Source of the DNA: Candidatus Woesearchaeota archaeon
GTDB lineage: Archaea; Nanobdellota; Nanobdellia; Woesearchaeales; CAZJJJ01
DNA: 28,403 nt
Direction: 5' to 3'
Assembly (NCBI GenBank): GCA_046546115.1
Contig: JBKGYM010000001.1
Coordinates: 1 to 28,403, forward strand
Shown here: in pieces, positions 7,483 through 16,325 of the stretch
How positions within the stretch are numbered: the first letter of the stretch is position 1
How the letters are laid out: each line of letters opens with the position of its first letter
Translations under genes and position numbers: made by a program
The notes under the pieces: generated by a model
What the model saw: the letters and a program-made list of their open reading frames with translations, nothing else
What the model was told of the DNA's origin: nothing
Database searches by the model: none

Positions 7483-8769
7483 TCAGTCAGGGCGTGAAAG
7501 CATCCAATCTATACTTGATAATGGAGCAGAGATATCATGGCCCGTAGAACTCTTTATCCTTTGTGAAGCAGCATAAGCATCCCTTATATTATTCTTTGTC
7601 TGCAGGTTGATATCCGGAAAGAACCAACCACAACTAGTAAAACTTAGCTGTGTAAGATATTCTGCCTCAAAGAGCTCTTTCAACTCATACATTGTGCTAT
7701 AAGTAACATCTTCTTTCAGATATGGCCTTATGAGATCCTCAAAACCCAGTTCGTCCATCAGTACGTGTATATAGTCGTCTCGGGCGACCCATGGATCATT
7801 GATGAATTTTCTGGAGGTTGTATAAAAGATATCATGCACCGTGTCCTCTTGCTCCTCAAGAGTCCTGAGAAGCTCTTCACGATATTGTTCACGACTCTTT
7901 GCACAATCACAGTCTCCGCTCCATCTTTTGAGTCCACCACAAAGACAGCTCCACGAACTCCGTTCAACAAGAGCCACCATCCCATGCGTTCCATATGTGT
8001 CAAGATATTGGTCTAATGTGATCATATCTTCTGTTTCAGGATGCTGTTCCACTGCCGTCGGAAAATAATCTGCCCAGAGATCTGCAAATTTATTATGATG
8101 ACCGAATGTTTCTGCATCGTACGCAAGAAGGATCAGAGCCTCCCCCTCACTTTCTCTTACCAGGACATCAAGAGCCACATCTGCATTATCAAGAAATGAA
8201 GTATCGCCAAAAGGAGTATCTGCGTTATGAGCGATCTCTCCGCTACGGGGATGGAAAAAGAAATAAGCGATAGAAAGACCGCTGCCCAGGTCTACATCAT
8301 AACATCCTGATGACACAGGAGAGCCATCTTCATTAATGGCTTGGCTTGGGGCACCTATAGTATACTCAATCCCTTCTTCCGCCAATGCCTTGCTTGTGCG
8401 GATATCCGTGGCAGTCTCAGGCAACCAGATTCCTCGAGGCTCCCTCCCAAAATATTTCTTGAAATGCTCTTTCCCCCACCTTATCTGTGTCTTCAGATCC
8501 TCATCATGCCTTATGAGAGGAAGTATCCTGTGATTATAGGGCTGAGCTATTGCTTGGCCATGGTCAGCGGAGATCATCCTATCAAGAGTGCCAGGATCAT
8601 TCTGTTCAAACCACTCTATCAGAGTAGGGCCGATATTGAAACTCACATGATCCATGACACCATTCTCAGAATTTGGTCTGTAACATTGTTCGTTGATTTT
8701 TGCCGCCCAGTAATCGTTACCGCGCGGCTGATAGAAATGCCAATGCTGTGACAGATGCCTCATACTCAT
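7483..8769 (-). CDS. Glycoside hydrolase family 57 (DUF3536-type)
   Basis: HWHFYQP, SFNIGPTLIEW, GIWLPETA (nucleophile Glu), AYDAETFGHH (acid/base Asp), SWSCLCGG.KRW, FTSCGWFF. Start uncertain among 8763, 8769 and 8778. Confidence 0.85.
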   Translation of the reverse strand: MSMRHLSQHWHFYQPRGNDYWAAKINEQCYRPNSENGVMDHVSFNIGPTLIEWFEQNDPGTLDRMISADHGQAIAQPYNHRILPLIRHDEDLKTQIRWGKEHFKKYFGREPRGIWLPETATDIRTSKALAEEGIEYTIGAPSQAINEDGSPVSSGCYDVDLGSGLSIAYFFFHPRSGEIAHNADTPFGDTSFLDNADVALDVLVRESEGEALILLAYDAETFGHHNKFADLWADYFPTAVEQHPETEDMITLDQYLDTYGTHGMVALVERSSWSCLCGGLKRWSGDCDCAKSREQYREELLRTLEEQEDTVHDIFYTTSRKFINDPWVARDDYIHVLMDELGFEDLIRPYLKEDVTYSTMYELKELFEAEYLTQLSFTSCGWFFPDINLQTKNNIRDAYAASQRIKSSTGHDISAPLSSIDWMLSRPD

Positions 8770-8821
8770 CCCAATCAAACCTTTCTATCCTCTTCAAAAA
8801 TTTTAATGTTGTGGAACAGCC

Positions 8822-9391
8822 TTATCCTTCATTGAACACTTTTGCACGGAATTTATAGAGTCTAGAATCTGGATCCAACCATGCAGCTTCATTCAGGCCG
8901 AACATAGTACAGGTATACTTAAGGAAATCCTCTGTCGACCAGGAACCTTTATCAGCAACCTGGGGTAGCATGAGCCCAGAGAAATTATTATTAGATAGGA
9001 TTATACCATCCTTTCCGACGATGATATTACTCAATACATCTTTCGGGCTTTCTTTCTGTAATGCTAATGGTTCTGTAAGCAATGAAATCTCTAATTCTAC
9101 CTTAGGCAATTCAGATTTCTGTAGAGGAGGATACCTTGGATCCTGGAATGCTGCAGACCTGGCGGCACTTATGAGAGATTCATAAAGAGGTTGTGATGTT
9201 CTCGCATAGCCCAGGCAACCTCGTAATCTGCCGAACTTCCTTAATGTGACAAACACACCAGCCGAGAAAGAAAATAATTGCTTGTGGTCCTGTGATATCA
9301 GGATCTCCTTGTCAGCGAAAGAAGAGGTGATTGACTCTCTTGCTAAAGCAACCAACATAGTGCCTTCTGAGGAACTCAAAACCCTTGACAT
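8822..9391 (-). CDS. AMMECR1-domain protein (TIGR00296-like)
   Basis: GVFVTL...LRGCLG, AAFQDPRYPPL, EISLLT, GLMLPQVA. Confidence 0.93.
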   Translation of the reverse strand: MSRVLSSSEGTMLVALARESITSSFADKEILISQDHKQLFSFSAGVFVTLRKFGRLRGCLGYARTSQPLYESLISAARSAAFQDPRYPPLQKSELPKVELEISLLTEPLALQKESPKDVLSNIIVGKDGIILSNNNFSGLMLPQVADKGSWSTEDFLKYTCTMFGLNEAAWLDPDSRLYKFRAKVFNEG

Positions 9392-9477
9392 ACATTCTTC
9401 TTCAGAAAATGCATTTAAAAATTTTTGCTGTCCTTTTTAGTAACAAAAAAAGGAAATTTTTCAAGATGAGGAAAAAA

Positions 9478-9747
9478 TCATATTGAAGAGAAAGCCTTCT
9501 CGAATTCTTTGAGCTCTTTCTTAGCTTCTTTCGCTGCAGAATCCAAGGCGGCAACAACATCAGTGCTTTCCGTCTCAGCCACAAACTTAGGTGAACCGAC
9601 CAACGGATGCTTGATGTTATAACCTGAAGTCTTCACACCCTTCTGATCCCAGAGCTTAACCCTTAACAGATTAGAGAATGTATGATCCTCTCCATTGATT
9701 TCGAAAACAATCCTGGTTTTTGATTTTTCTTTTGGTATGATTTCCAT
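9478..9747 (-). CDS. rpo11: DNA-directed RNA polymerase subunit Rpo11 (L)
   Basis: GEDHTFSNLLR...GYNIKHPL. Confidence 0.95.
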   Translation of the reverse strand: MEIIPKEKSKTRIVFEINGEDHTFSNLLRVKLWDQKGVKTSGYNIKHPLVGSPKFVAETESTDVVAALDSAAKEAKKELKEFEKAFSSI

Positions 9748-9802
9748 TTTCTCAAAAAAACAATGTTCTTTTTATAAAAGTTTCCTATGAACAGACACCT
9801 GA

Positions 9803-10123
9803 CTATTCATAATCACGCCAGACGTGCTTACATTTCTCACATTTGTAGAATTTTGTCTCGGATTCATCACTGGATCGAGTCTGTTCAAGCCAGAAGAAAG
9901 CCTTAGTGTGTGAACATTTAGGACAGACAATATCTACTAAAGGATTGGCTTCGACATCATTCTCCTCATCGATGACTTCAATCTCCTTCTTCTCCTGGAA
10001 AGATTCCTTCAATGAATCATCCTGATTAACAGGGGCAGTATACCCACAAGAACAAGAATAAACATACTTACCTGATGACTTTTTTGGCATCAGTATCGAA
10101 CCGCACTTTGGACAAAATTTCAT
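9803..10123 (-). CDS. tfs: Transcription factor S (TFS)
   Basis: Two zinc ribbons (CPKC..CSC and CPKC..CEKC) and the QTRSSDE catalytic acidic hairpin. Confidence 0.95.
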   Translation of the reverse strand: MKFCPKCGSILMPKKSSGKYVYSCSCGYTAPVNQDDSLKESFQEKKEIEVIDEENDVEANPLVDIVCPKCSHTKAFFWLEQTRSSDESETKFYKCEKCKHVWRDYE

Positions 10124-10153
10124 TTTTGATACCTCGCGTCATATTGATGATGT

Positions 10154-10774
10154 TTAGATAAAAAGACCGATAAGATTGAAAAACCAGATTTTCACATAAC
10201 CAAGGAAAGGTATGCGGAAGATTGATTTTCCGATGATATCCTCCTCTTTGATTTCAGATTCAAACTCATAGCTGACCGGGTTATTATCCCCCTTTGTCTT
10301 AAAAGTGGTTGAACTGCCATTTATATTCTTTTCTATGACTCTATGTATTATAGGATTCCTTTCAGTGCTTCCAAACACTATTATGTCACCAATCTCTACA
10401 TCCTCTGGTGACACACCCCTTAATACTTTTATATCACCCGTATTGAAACCATTACGAAAAGGAAATCCCTCGAAATCATCTTCTTGTATAGAATACTGAG
10501 CATAGAAATCTGCCTGAGTCATCCGGTTTCCGTCCACTACTGCAGGGGACTCCCACCATTCATCAAAGCCGCCAGGATGTTCCATGCTTCCCGAGACAAC
10601 CGCTACAATAGGGAAAGGTGTCGCGAGGACCAAACCAAGAAGTGGATAGACAATAAATCTGATCAAGACAAAGGCGAGTGCAACATTTACCACCCAGCTA
10701 AGGAATGAATCCTCATTGAGGAATTTGATGAATCTCTTATACTGTCTCTTGAAATAACGGAAAGATTTTGTCAT
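10154..10774 (-). CDS. Signal peptidase I (archaeal Sec11 type)
   Basis: TM anchor, VVSGSMEH (catalytic Ser), IIHRV (His), TKGDNN. ATG 10774 lies 30 nt from a TTTTTTAA box. Confidence 0.92.
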   Translation of the reverse strand: MTKSFRYFKRQYKRFIKFLNEDSFLSWVVNVALAFVLIRFIVYPLLGLVLATPFPIVAVVSGSMEHPGGFDEWWESPAVVDGNRMTQADFYAQYSIQEDDFEGFPFRNGFNTGDIKVLRGVSPEDVEIGDIIVFGSTERNPIIHRVIEKNINGSSTTFKTKGDNNPVSYEFESEIKEEDIIGKSIFRIPFLGYVKIWFFNLIGLFI

Positions 10775-10848
10775 CTTCTGAAACAACCAGGGTCAGTTAA
10801 AAAATGTTTTGCTTTTCCTGCTTTACATGGCCCATCCTTGTCATGGCT

Positions 10849-10862
10849 GAAAAGTTTTTAAA
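10849..10862 (+). promoter_or_regulatory. BRE/TATA promoter of nmd3
   Basis: GAAAAGTTTTTAAA; first T at 10855, 30 nt before ATG 10885. Confidence 0.65.
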
Positions 10863-10884
10863 ATGCACACACATTCATTGGAAC

Positions 10885-11853
10885 ATGAAGGGCAAGGAGA
10901 GAGAGAGGATGATGAAGAAATTCTATGACGAGATTGATCAGCCCAGACTCCTCCCTGATGATATGAAAGAGATTAGCATAAGATACTGCGAGAGTTCTAT
11001 GACTTACAGGCTGAATAACAAATGGAAAGAGTACGAGGACATTTCTGAAGTGCTGGATGATACTGTGAATAATGCCTTGAAAAAAAAGGTAGATAAAGAT
11101 ACTGAGATTGAAGTTGAGCCGGTCATGAAAGGTGAAAAAATCAAAGAACTCATCATAACCGCCAAGAAGAAAGGAGTGACAGAACAGAAAAAAGTCAAAG
11201 CCATAGTAGACAGGACGATGAACCCCGCATACTCAAAAAGATTCTCTAATTATCTAGAGGGCACCTTACAGTTAAGGAATGTTGATGAGGGGATGTTCAC
11301 TTTCCTACAGGATCAGCTTTCCATTGCAGAGAAGAGGTTTTCACATGTGATTGATCTCAGGGAGAAAGATAAAGCCATAGATATTGATATGACTTCTCAA
11401 AAAGAGATAGAGAAGATAGCAAAAAACATGCAGAAAGAATTCGGTGGCGAACTAAAGATGGATTATAAATTGCATACCCGTGACAAACAGACCCAGAAAG
11501 AACTCCATAGGCTCACTGCCACAGTGATCCTTCCAGATGTCAAGAAAGGCGACCACATCGAATCTGGAGACCAGGTATACAAGGTTGTCGCGATCATGGG
11601 GAATAAGATGAAAGTATCGGATCTTGATACAGGAAAGAATAAGATGATGTCCCTTAAGGATGAGCATAAGATCCTGAAGAAAGAGAAGGCCATTGTTGTA
11701 CAGATTAATCCAGACATAAAAGTTATAGACCCTGAGACATACCAGATGACCAAAATCATCCTAAAAGACAAGAAGAATGCTAAAAAGATACGGATGAACC
11801 AGAAACTGGATGCTGTGAGGTCAAAAAAACGACTTTACTCTGTTAAGAAATGA
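10885..11853 (+). CDS. nmd3: NMD3 family ribosome biogenesis protein, zinc ligands mostly lost
   Basis: NNKW, NYLEGTLQLR, KEFGGE...KLHTRDKQTQKELHRLT motifs, plus C-terminal SH3/OB regions (DPETYQ). Start set at 10885 from promoter spacing. Confidence 0.85.
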   Translation: MKGKERERMMKKFYDEIDQPRLLPDDMKEISIRYCESSMTYRLNNKWKEYEDISEVLDDTVNNALKKKVDKDTEIEVEPVMKGEKIKELIITAKKKGVTEQKKVKAIVDRTMNPAYSKRFSNYLEGTLQLRNVDEGMFTFLQDQLSIAEKRFSHVIDLREKDKAIDIDMTSQKEIEKIAKNMQKEFGGELKMDYKLHTRDKQTQKELHRLTATVILPDVKKGDHIESGDQVYKVVAIMGNKMKVSDLDTGKNKMMSLKDEHKILKKEKAIVVQINPDIKVIDPETYQMTKIILKDKKNAKKIRMNQKLDAVRSKKRLYSVKK

Positions 11854-11868
11854 TCAGTATCTCCGCTC

Positions 11869-14800
11869 TCATGTCTTCACATGTAATCCTTTATACTCTT
11901 CATCAATTATGTCATGGCATCTCTTCAACATGGTGGCTCTCTCATCCCAACCGATGACAGCATCGGTAACATCATCCATCCACTCCCAGGTACCATGCAA
12001 GTTCTCATTCTTAGTGCCATACAACACTGCGACTGTGCCTCTCAAAGAACTCACTTTACCAATCTGGTCAACATAAGGGTTCACTGTCTGTTTACCTGCG
12101 TCCATTGCATAATAAACATTCCTTTCAGCACCTGAGCCATGATGATGCCTGTCTGCCGCAAGAAAGCGTGTGGCTTTTGATCTTTGCCCCTGTGCTTGTG
12201 TTGAGATATTACTGATTTCGGTCCTGCCAGATTTCATCTTATGAGCCAGATAAGCATACATATCATGGCCTTCTTCCGTTGGTACCTTCACAAGATCTGA
12301 ACTGAATGATTGGCCTCTGCCTGCTTCAGAGATGTGGAGCTTCCCTTCATCCTTATAAGAAATATCAAACATCCCTCCAAGAATGTCCGCTTCGTTCTCA
12401 CCATACTGCTTTGTTGTATTGAGATGGTTCCCGCTGGAAAGATAGACCTCTGTGCCATTATCCATCAACTCTTCAAGCGCTGGCTGTCTGTATCTCTTAA
12501 ACAGTTCCTTCTGGTGTTCCAAAGTGGGCACAGATTTAGCTAAAGCGTTCTCAAGCACATAGCTATCAATATGATCATGGATCTCCTCATCACGATAACC
12601 TGCTTTCTTGAGGCGTTCCCTCAAGATCTTGACATGCATATTCATGGTTATATCGTCCAGCGAACGGTTCTCACGGGCAGGATCATATTTCGTGCCCAAT
12701 GACTGATTACCATTAAGATATTCAGAACCGAAATGCATAGATATATTTTCCAGACCAAGCCTCTGTTCCGCTACTGATTGAGTAGCGTCAATAGCATCAT
12801 GATTTGATGGCCTGCCAGGATGATTATAGACACCATAATGATTATCATTATCCATCAGGATACTCTTGACCTCTGGAACAATCTCTTCATACAGGGCATT
12901 CAATCTTCTCTTATGCTTGTCTATACTCTTCTGGGTACGTGCTCTCTCTATCTTCGATTCCAATTCCCTTACCTGGGCAGAATACTTCTCAGCAATCTCT
13001 TCATAGAACAGGTCATTGAAGAAAATCCATTTCTCGCTTCCGTCTGGTTCCATCACCTGTAAAACATTGCCCGTTGTATCTCCACCTTTCTCGATACGCT
13101 TCAATTCCCATGTTCCTGTGTTTCCACGATTACCCATCTCTTTCAGGATATCAGTATCATGCCGGGTAGGGAGCTTGAGATAATTGGTCATCGGAATTGA
13201 TTCCCTGTATTCGCCTTTCACGACAGTCGGTGCCACCGTCGCTTTCTTGTTCCTGTTATAGCCATCGGCACCCCATCCTGTGAAGACCACATCTGAAAAT
13301 GCTAATGATCCTCTCTTCTTGAATTCCTCGATTGTCCTAGGGCGTTCTGAACCAATCAATATAGATTTCTTCACTGAATTTTCATGCTTGCCGATCAGTT
13401 CCGCGAGACTATTCTTAAGAGGTTCATTGGATCTTTGACGGTTGGTCCTAGGTACAGATGTGATGATCGTGCCATAGAGCTTTTTGTCAGGATATGAGTT
13501 ATAGCCATATATCTGTGCTGGATCGGGCACATATACCGAAATGTCACGGTCTGTATGAAGTTTTATATTCTTCTCCTCGCCTAAGAGAGATTTCAATTCT
13601 TTTGAGATCATGTCTTCATAGTATTTCTTATATCGGTTTTTCTGGGCCATCTCGATAGCTTTTGAGACCGTCGGATTTATATGGACCTGTTTAGTAAACC
13701 AAGCATGTCCAGATCTTTTTTCAGATTCTCTTGCAAGCTTCAGCTGCTCATATTCATCTATCGTATCCTTGGTATGGTCATACTTCCTGTCCACACTATC
13801 TCTTTTCTTAGTATCGGCCTCAAGTCTGGCGATGATGTCATCAAGATTTCTTATCTTGCTGTTATTGAGCCGCTTCTCCACCAATTCCCAGAAAAGTTCA
13901 TCAAATTCTCGTGAATTCATTGTTCCACGGGATGTCTTTTTCAGGTTTTTCTTGAATTCCTTCAATCCTTTTGAATTCTTATCAAAATATTCTTGCCCCA
14001 GGATCTCTCTTATCTTCTTCCCGGAAAGTGCATCTTCAATAGCTTCCATCCCTTCTGGCGACGGAATACCATAACGCTCATAATCCAGAGAACCTTCTTC
14101 ATACCTATTCCGAAGATCAAGATAAGAATCCTCGAGTCTCTCATCGATGGATACTGCAGTATTCTCTCGCAGCGATCTTATCTTAAGTTCTCCTTCTTTC
14201 TCATACAGTCCTGGAAGTTTCTCCTCTGCCTTGTTAGCCTCATTCTCAGACTTTCTCCATGCTTCTACAAGAAGCGTCTCTATCTCACTTAGATTGAAAT
14301 CATCATTATAACTATAATAGATGTGTATTGGGACTTCGTTAGGGACATTCTCAATCAGCGGCTTAAGCTCTTTCGCTACACTCGCCTTGGCCTCTTCAAA
14401 AGAATCTATGGTATTTATGACATATTTCCTTAGATTATTTATCTCTTTGGGACTCAGATCATCCCCGCTTGAACGACCCAATAATTCCTTGATGTCATTA
14501 GTCTCATCATAGAATATCTCATTGAATTCCTTGTCATCCAAGTTCTCATACTCCCGATTCTTTCCTGTGAGAAGCGCCCTGTTATTTTTGAGCTTACCAT
14601 AGAAAGATACCATCTGTGGCATGATGCCTCCTTGGAGATGGACACTGTTAAGCATCTCATCAAGCCCCATTGCCTTCCTCACCAGTCTTTCGCCTTCGAA
14701 TGCGCTCGTATTGGTGTATAAGGTTCCAAGACCCAGCTCAGAAGAATAAAGATGGTAACGGGGAACCCTATAATCTGAAATCTCCTCATCCCATCTTAGC

Positions 14801-15195
14801 TTATGCTGATTCGCGAGAGCCAGGACCAATGCCTGCTCCTCATCAAGAGTACCATTATTAGAAGGTAACTTCTCTGGTAAGTCCCATAAATCTTTGATCT
14901 CATTCAAGCGTTCGGAGATATATTCTTTGGATTTCCTTGTCCTTTTTGCAAGCTCAGAGAAGTCAGGGATCTTCTCATCAGAATAGGGATGCCATAATAT
15001 CGCTGAATTTGCAGGCAACTCCTTCTCAAGTCTCTTAAGGAGGCGCCTATGTTCTTTGTTCAATCCAAGACGAGGTGCGAGTACTGATGGAAATCCAGCA
15101 TCTGGCCCGTCTTGCTTTTCTTCATCAACAACTTCATTCCGGACATTCTCTTGTGGAGTTAACCTATCTTCCAAAGTCGTCCCAATAATCTTCAT
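11869..15195 (-). CDS. Large hypothetical protein: putative N-terminal HTH, then two calcineurin-like metallophosphoesterase-type domains with a helical insert
   Basis: 1108 aa with a GGGTGA SD. C-terminal motifs DNDNHYG, FGSE, SGNH, AHK and ADRHH resemble phosphoesterase motifs I-V. N-terminal equivalents SSELGLG, QGGIMP, SYNDD and TGWG are degenerate. The CDS is secure; the domain call is by eye. Confidence 0.6.
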   Translation of the reverse strand: MKIIGTTLEDRLTPQENVRNEVVDEEKQDGPDAGFPSVLAPRLGLNKEHRRLLKRLEKELPANSAILWHPYSDEKIPDFSELAKRTRKSKEYISERLNEIKDLWDLPEKLPSNNGTLDEEQALVLALANQHKLRWDEEISDYRVPRYHLYSSELGLGTLYTNTSAFEGERLVRKAMGLDEMLNSVHLQGGIMPQMVSFYGKLKNNRALLTGKNREYENLDDKEFNEIFYDETNDIKELLGRSSGDDLSPKEINNLRKYVINTIDSFEEAKASVAKELKPLIENVPNEVPIHIYYSYNDDFNLSEIETLLVEAWRKSENEANKAEEKLPGLYEKEGELKIRSLRENTAVSIDERLEDSYLDLRNRYEEGSLDYERYGIPSPEGMEAIEDALSGKKIREILGQEYFDKNSKGLKEFKKNLKKTSRGTMNSREFDELFWELVEKRLNNSKIRNLDDIIARLEADTKKRDSVDRKYDHTKDTIDEYEQLKLARESEKRSGHAWFTKQVHINPTVSKAIEMAQKNRYKKYYEDMISKELKSLLGEEKNIKLHTDRDISVYVPDPAQIYGYNSYPDKKLYGTIITSVPRTNRQRSNEPLKNSLAELIGKHENSVKKSILIGSERPRTIEEFKKRGSLAFSDVVFTGWGADGYNRNKKATVAPTVVKGEYRESIPMTNYLKLPTRHDTDILKEMGNRGNTGTWELKRIEKGGDTTGNVLQVMEPDGSEKWIFFNDLFYEEIAEKYSAQVRELESKIERARTQKSIDKHKRRLNALYEEIVPEVKSILMDNDNHYGVYNHPGRPSNHDAIDATQSVAEQRLGLENISMHFGSEYLNGNQSLGTKYDPARENRSLDDITMNMHVKILRERLKKAGYRDEEIHDHIDSYVLENALAKSVPTLEHQKELFKRYRQPALEELMDNGTEVYLSSGNHLNTTKQYGENEADILGGMFDISYKDEGKLHISEAGRGQSFSSDLVKVPTEEGHDMYAYLAHKMKSGRTEISNISTQAQGQRSKATRFLAADRHHHGSGAERNVYYAMDAGKQTVNPYVDQIGKVSSLRGTVAVLYGTKNENLHGTWEWMDDVTDAVIGWDERATMLKRCHDIIDEEYKGLHVKT

Positions 15196-15252
15196 CCATT
15201 CACCCTAAGAACATTTTATTAAAATCATGAAGTACATCATTATATAATTAAC

Positions 15253-15288
15253 CTATATAGATTATATAGTCAGCAAAACCTTTTATAA
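15253..15288 (+). promoter_or_regulatory. Divergent promoter region with a 7-bp inverted repeat
   Basis: CTATATA-GAT-TATATAG at 15253-15269 lies between the minus-strand TATA (15240-15247) and the plus-strand AAAACCTTTTATAA (15275-15288). Confidence 0.45.
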
Positions 15289-15309
15289 TACATGCCCTCC
15301 CAGAAGATT

Positions 15310-16251
15310 ATGCCTACCAGGAAAATACAATTCATCGCAAACACCACATACTCTGTGTCACTTCCCAAGGAATGGATTATCAAGAATAACCTGGAACCGA
15401 AAAGCGAAGTCAGGATTTCGGAAACAAAAGAGAAAGATCTGCTGATCAGTAACATAAGGAAAAAGAGAGATGAAAGCACAGAGATAAAGCTTAGCCTGAG
15501 AGATGATGAGGAAGACATAGAAGAGATTATGATGGCCTGTTATCATAGAGGATTTGAGAAGATAACAATCAAGTCCGATTCGTACATAACAAAAAAAGAG
15601 AAAGAGATCCTGAGCAAGATTGCCAATAAAATGACTGGGACCGAAGTATCATTCGAGAAAGACAGGATGGTCATAAAGAACATTCTTGATCATAAGAAAT
15701 TAGATTTGAGACAGACACTATACAGGACATCACTGTTCCTTCAGGAATCCCTGAGAAGCATCATTGATGGAAACCCTGATCTTGTTGAGATTAAGCAAAA
15801 TGAGAAAGAGATCAACAGATTGGCACATCTTGCCATGAAGGTATGCTCACTGGCAACAAGGAACACAGGACTGCTCACCGCTTCAAGGATTGATGATAGT
15901 GATCATCTTCTGTACTTTCTGGACATAATCAAAGAACTTGAGAATCTTGGAGACCACATTCTCTTGATTGCGGAGAATGCAAATGACAGAGAAGATGCGA
16001 CAAAGCTAAGAATACTGGAAGACCTGTCTCATGAGCTTAAGAATACAATGGAGTTCATCATCTCGAACAAGAGAAAAAGATTCAGGAAGATGGATAAAAA
16101 AAAGCTCAAAAGGATGGAGAATCATACAAGAAAGATTGTAGACGGAGCCTGCAGAATGAACATGCAGGAAATATTAAGATGCGTGATGAGGATAGAAGAT
16201 AGCACGCTTGCTGAATCATTCCTAGAAAGAAATGCTGAACTTACCAAGTGA
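15310..16251 (+). CDS. phoU: AbrB/SpoVT-PhoU phosphate uptake regulator (COG0704-type)
   Basis: RKIQFIANTTYSVSLPKEWI AbrB-like N-terminus, then two PhoU-like helical repeats (EKEINRL, KELENLGDH). ATG 15310 is 29 nt from the TATA. Confidence 0.8.
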   Translation: MPTRKIQFIANTTYSVSLPKEWIIKNNLEPKSEVRISETKEKDLLISNIRKKRDESTEIKLSLRDDEEDIEEIMMACYHRGFEKITIKSDSYITKKEKEILSKIANKMTGTEVSFEKDRMVIKNILDHKKLDLRQTLYRTSLFLQESLRSIIDGNPDLVEIKQNEKEINRLAHLAMKVCSLATRNTGLLTASRIDDSDHLLYFLDIIKELENLGDHILLIAENANDREDATKLRILEDLSHELKNTMEFIISNKRKRFRKMDKKKLKRMENHTRKIVDGACRMNMQEILRCVMRIEDSTLAESFLERNAELTK

Positions 16252-16325
16252 AAAATCCAAAACGATTGAAAACATTTCGGAGCAAGCAGACGCATAGTTA
16301 AGTAAGATTAGGCCATCTATAATAT

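Noticed and set aside
9803-10123. TFS as an inhibitory TFS4-like paralogue
   Set aside because: The catalytic DE pair is intact (QTRSSDE).
10804-10884. MFCFSC extension as the true NMD3 zinc knuckle
   Set aside because: It spans a strong BRE/TATA located 30 nt before ATG 10885 and starts inside the divergent signal peptidase promoter, so it is treated as coincidence pending TSS data.
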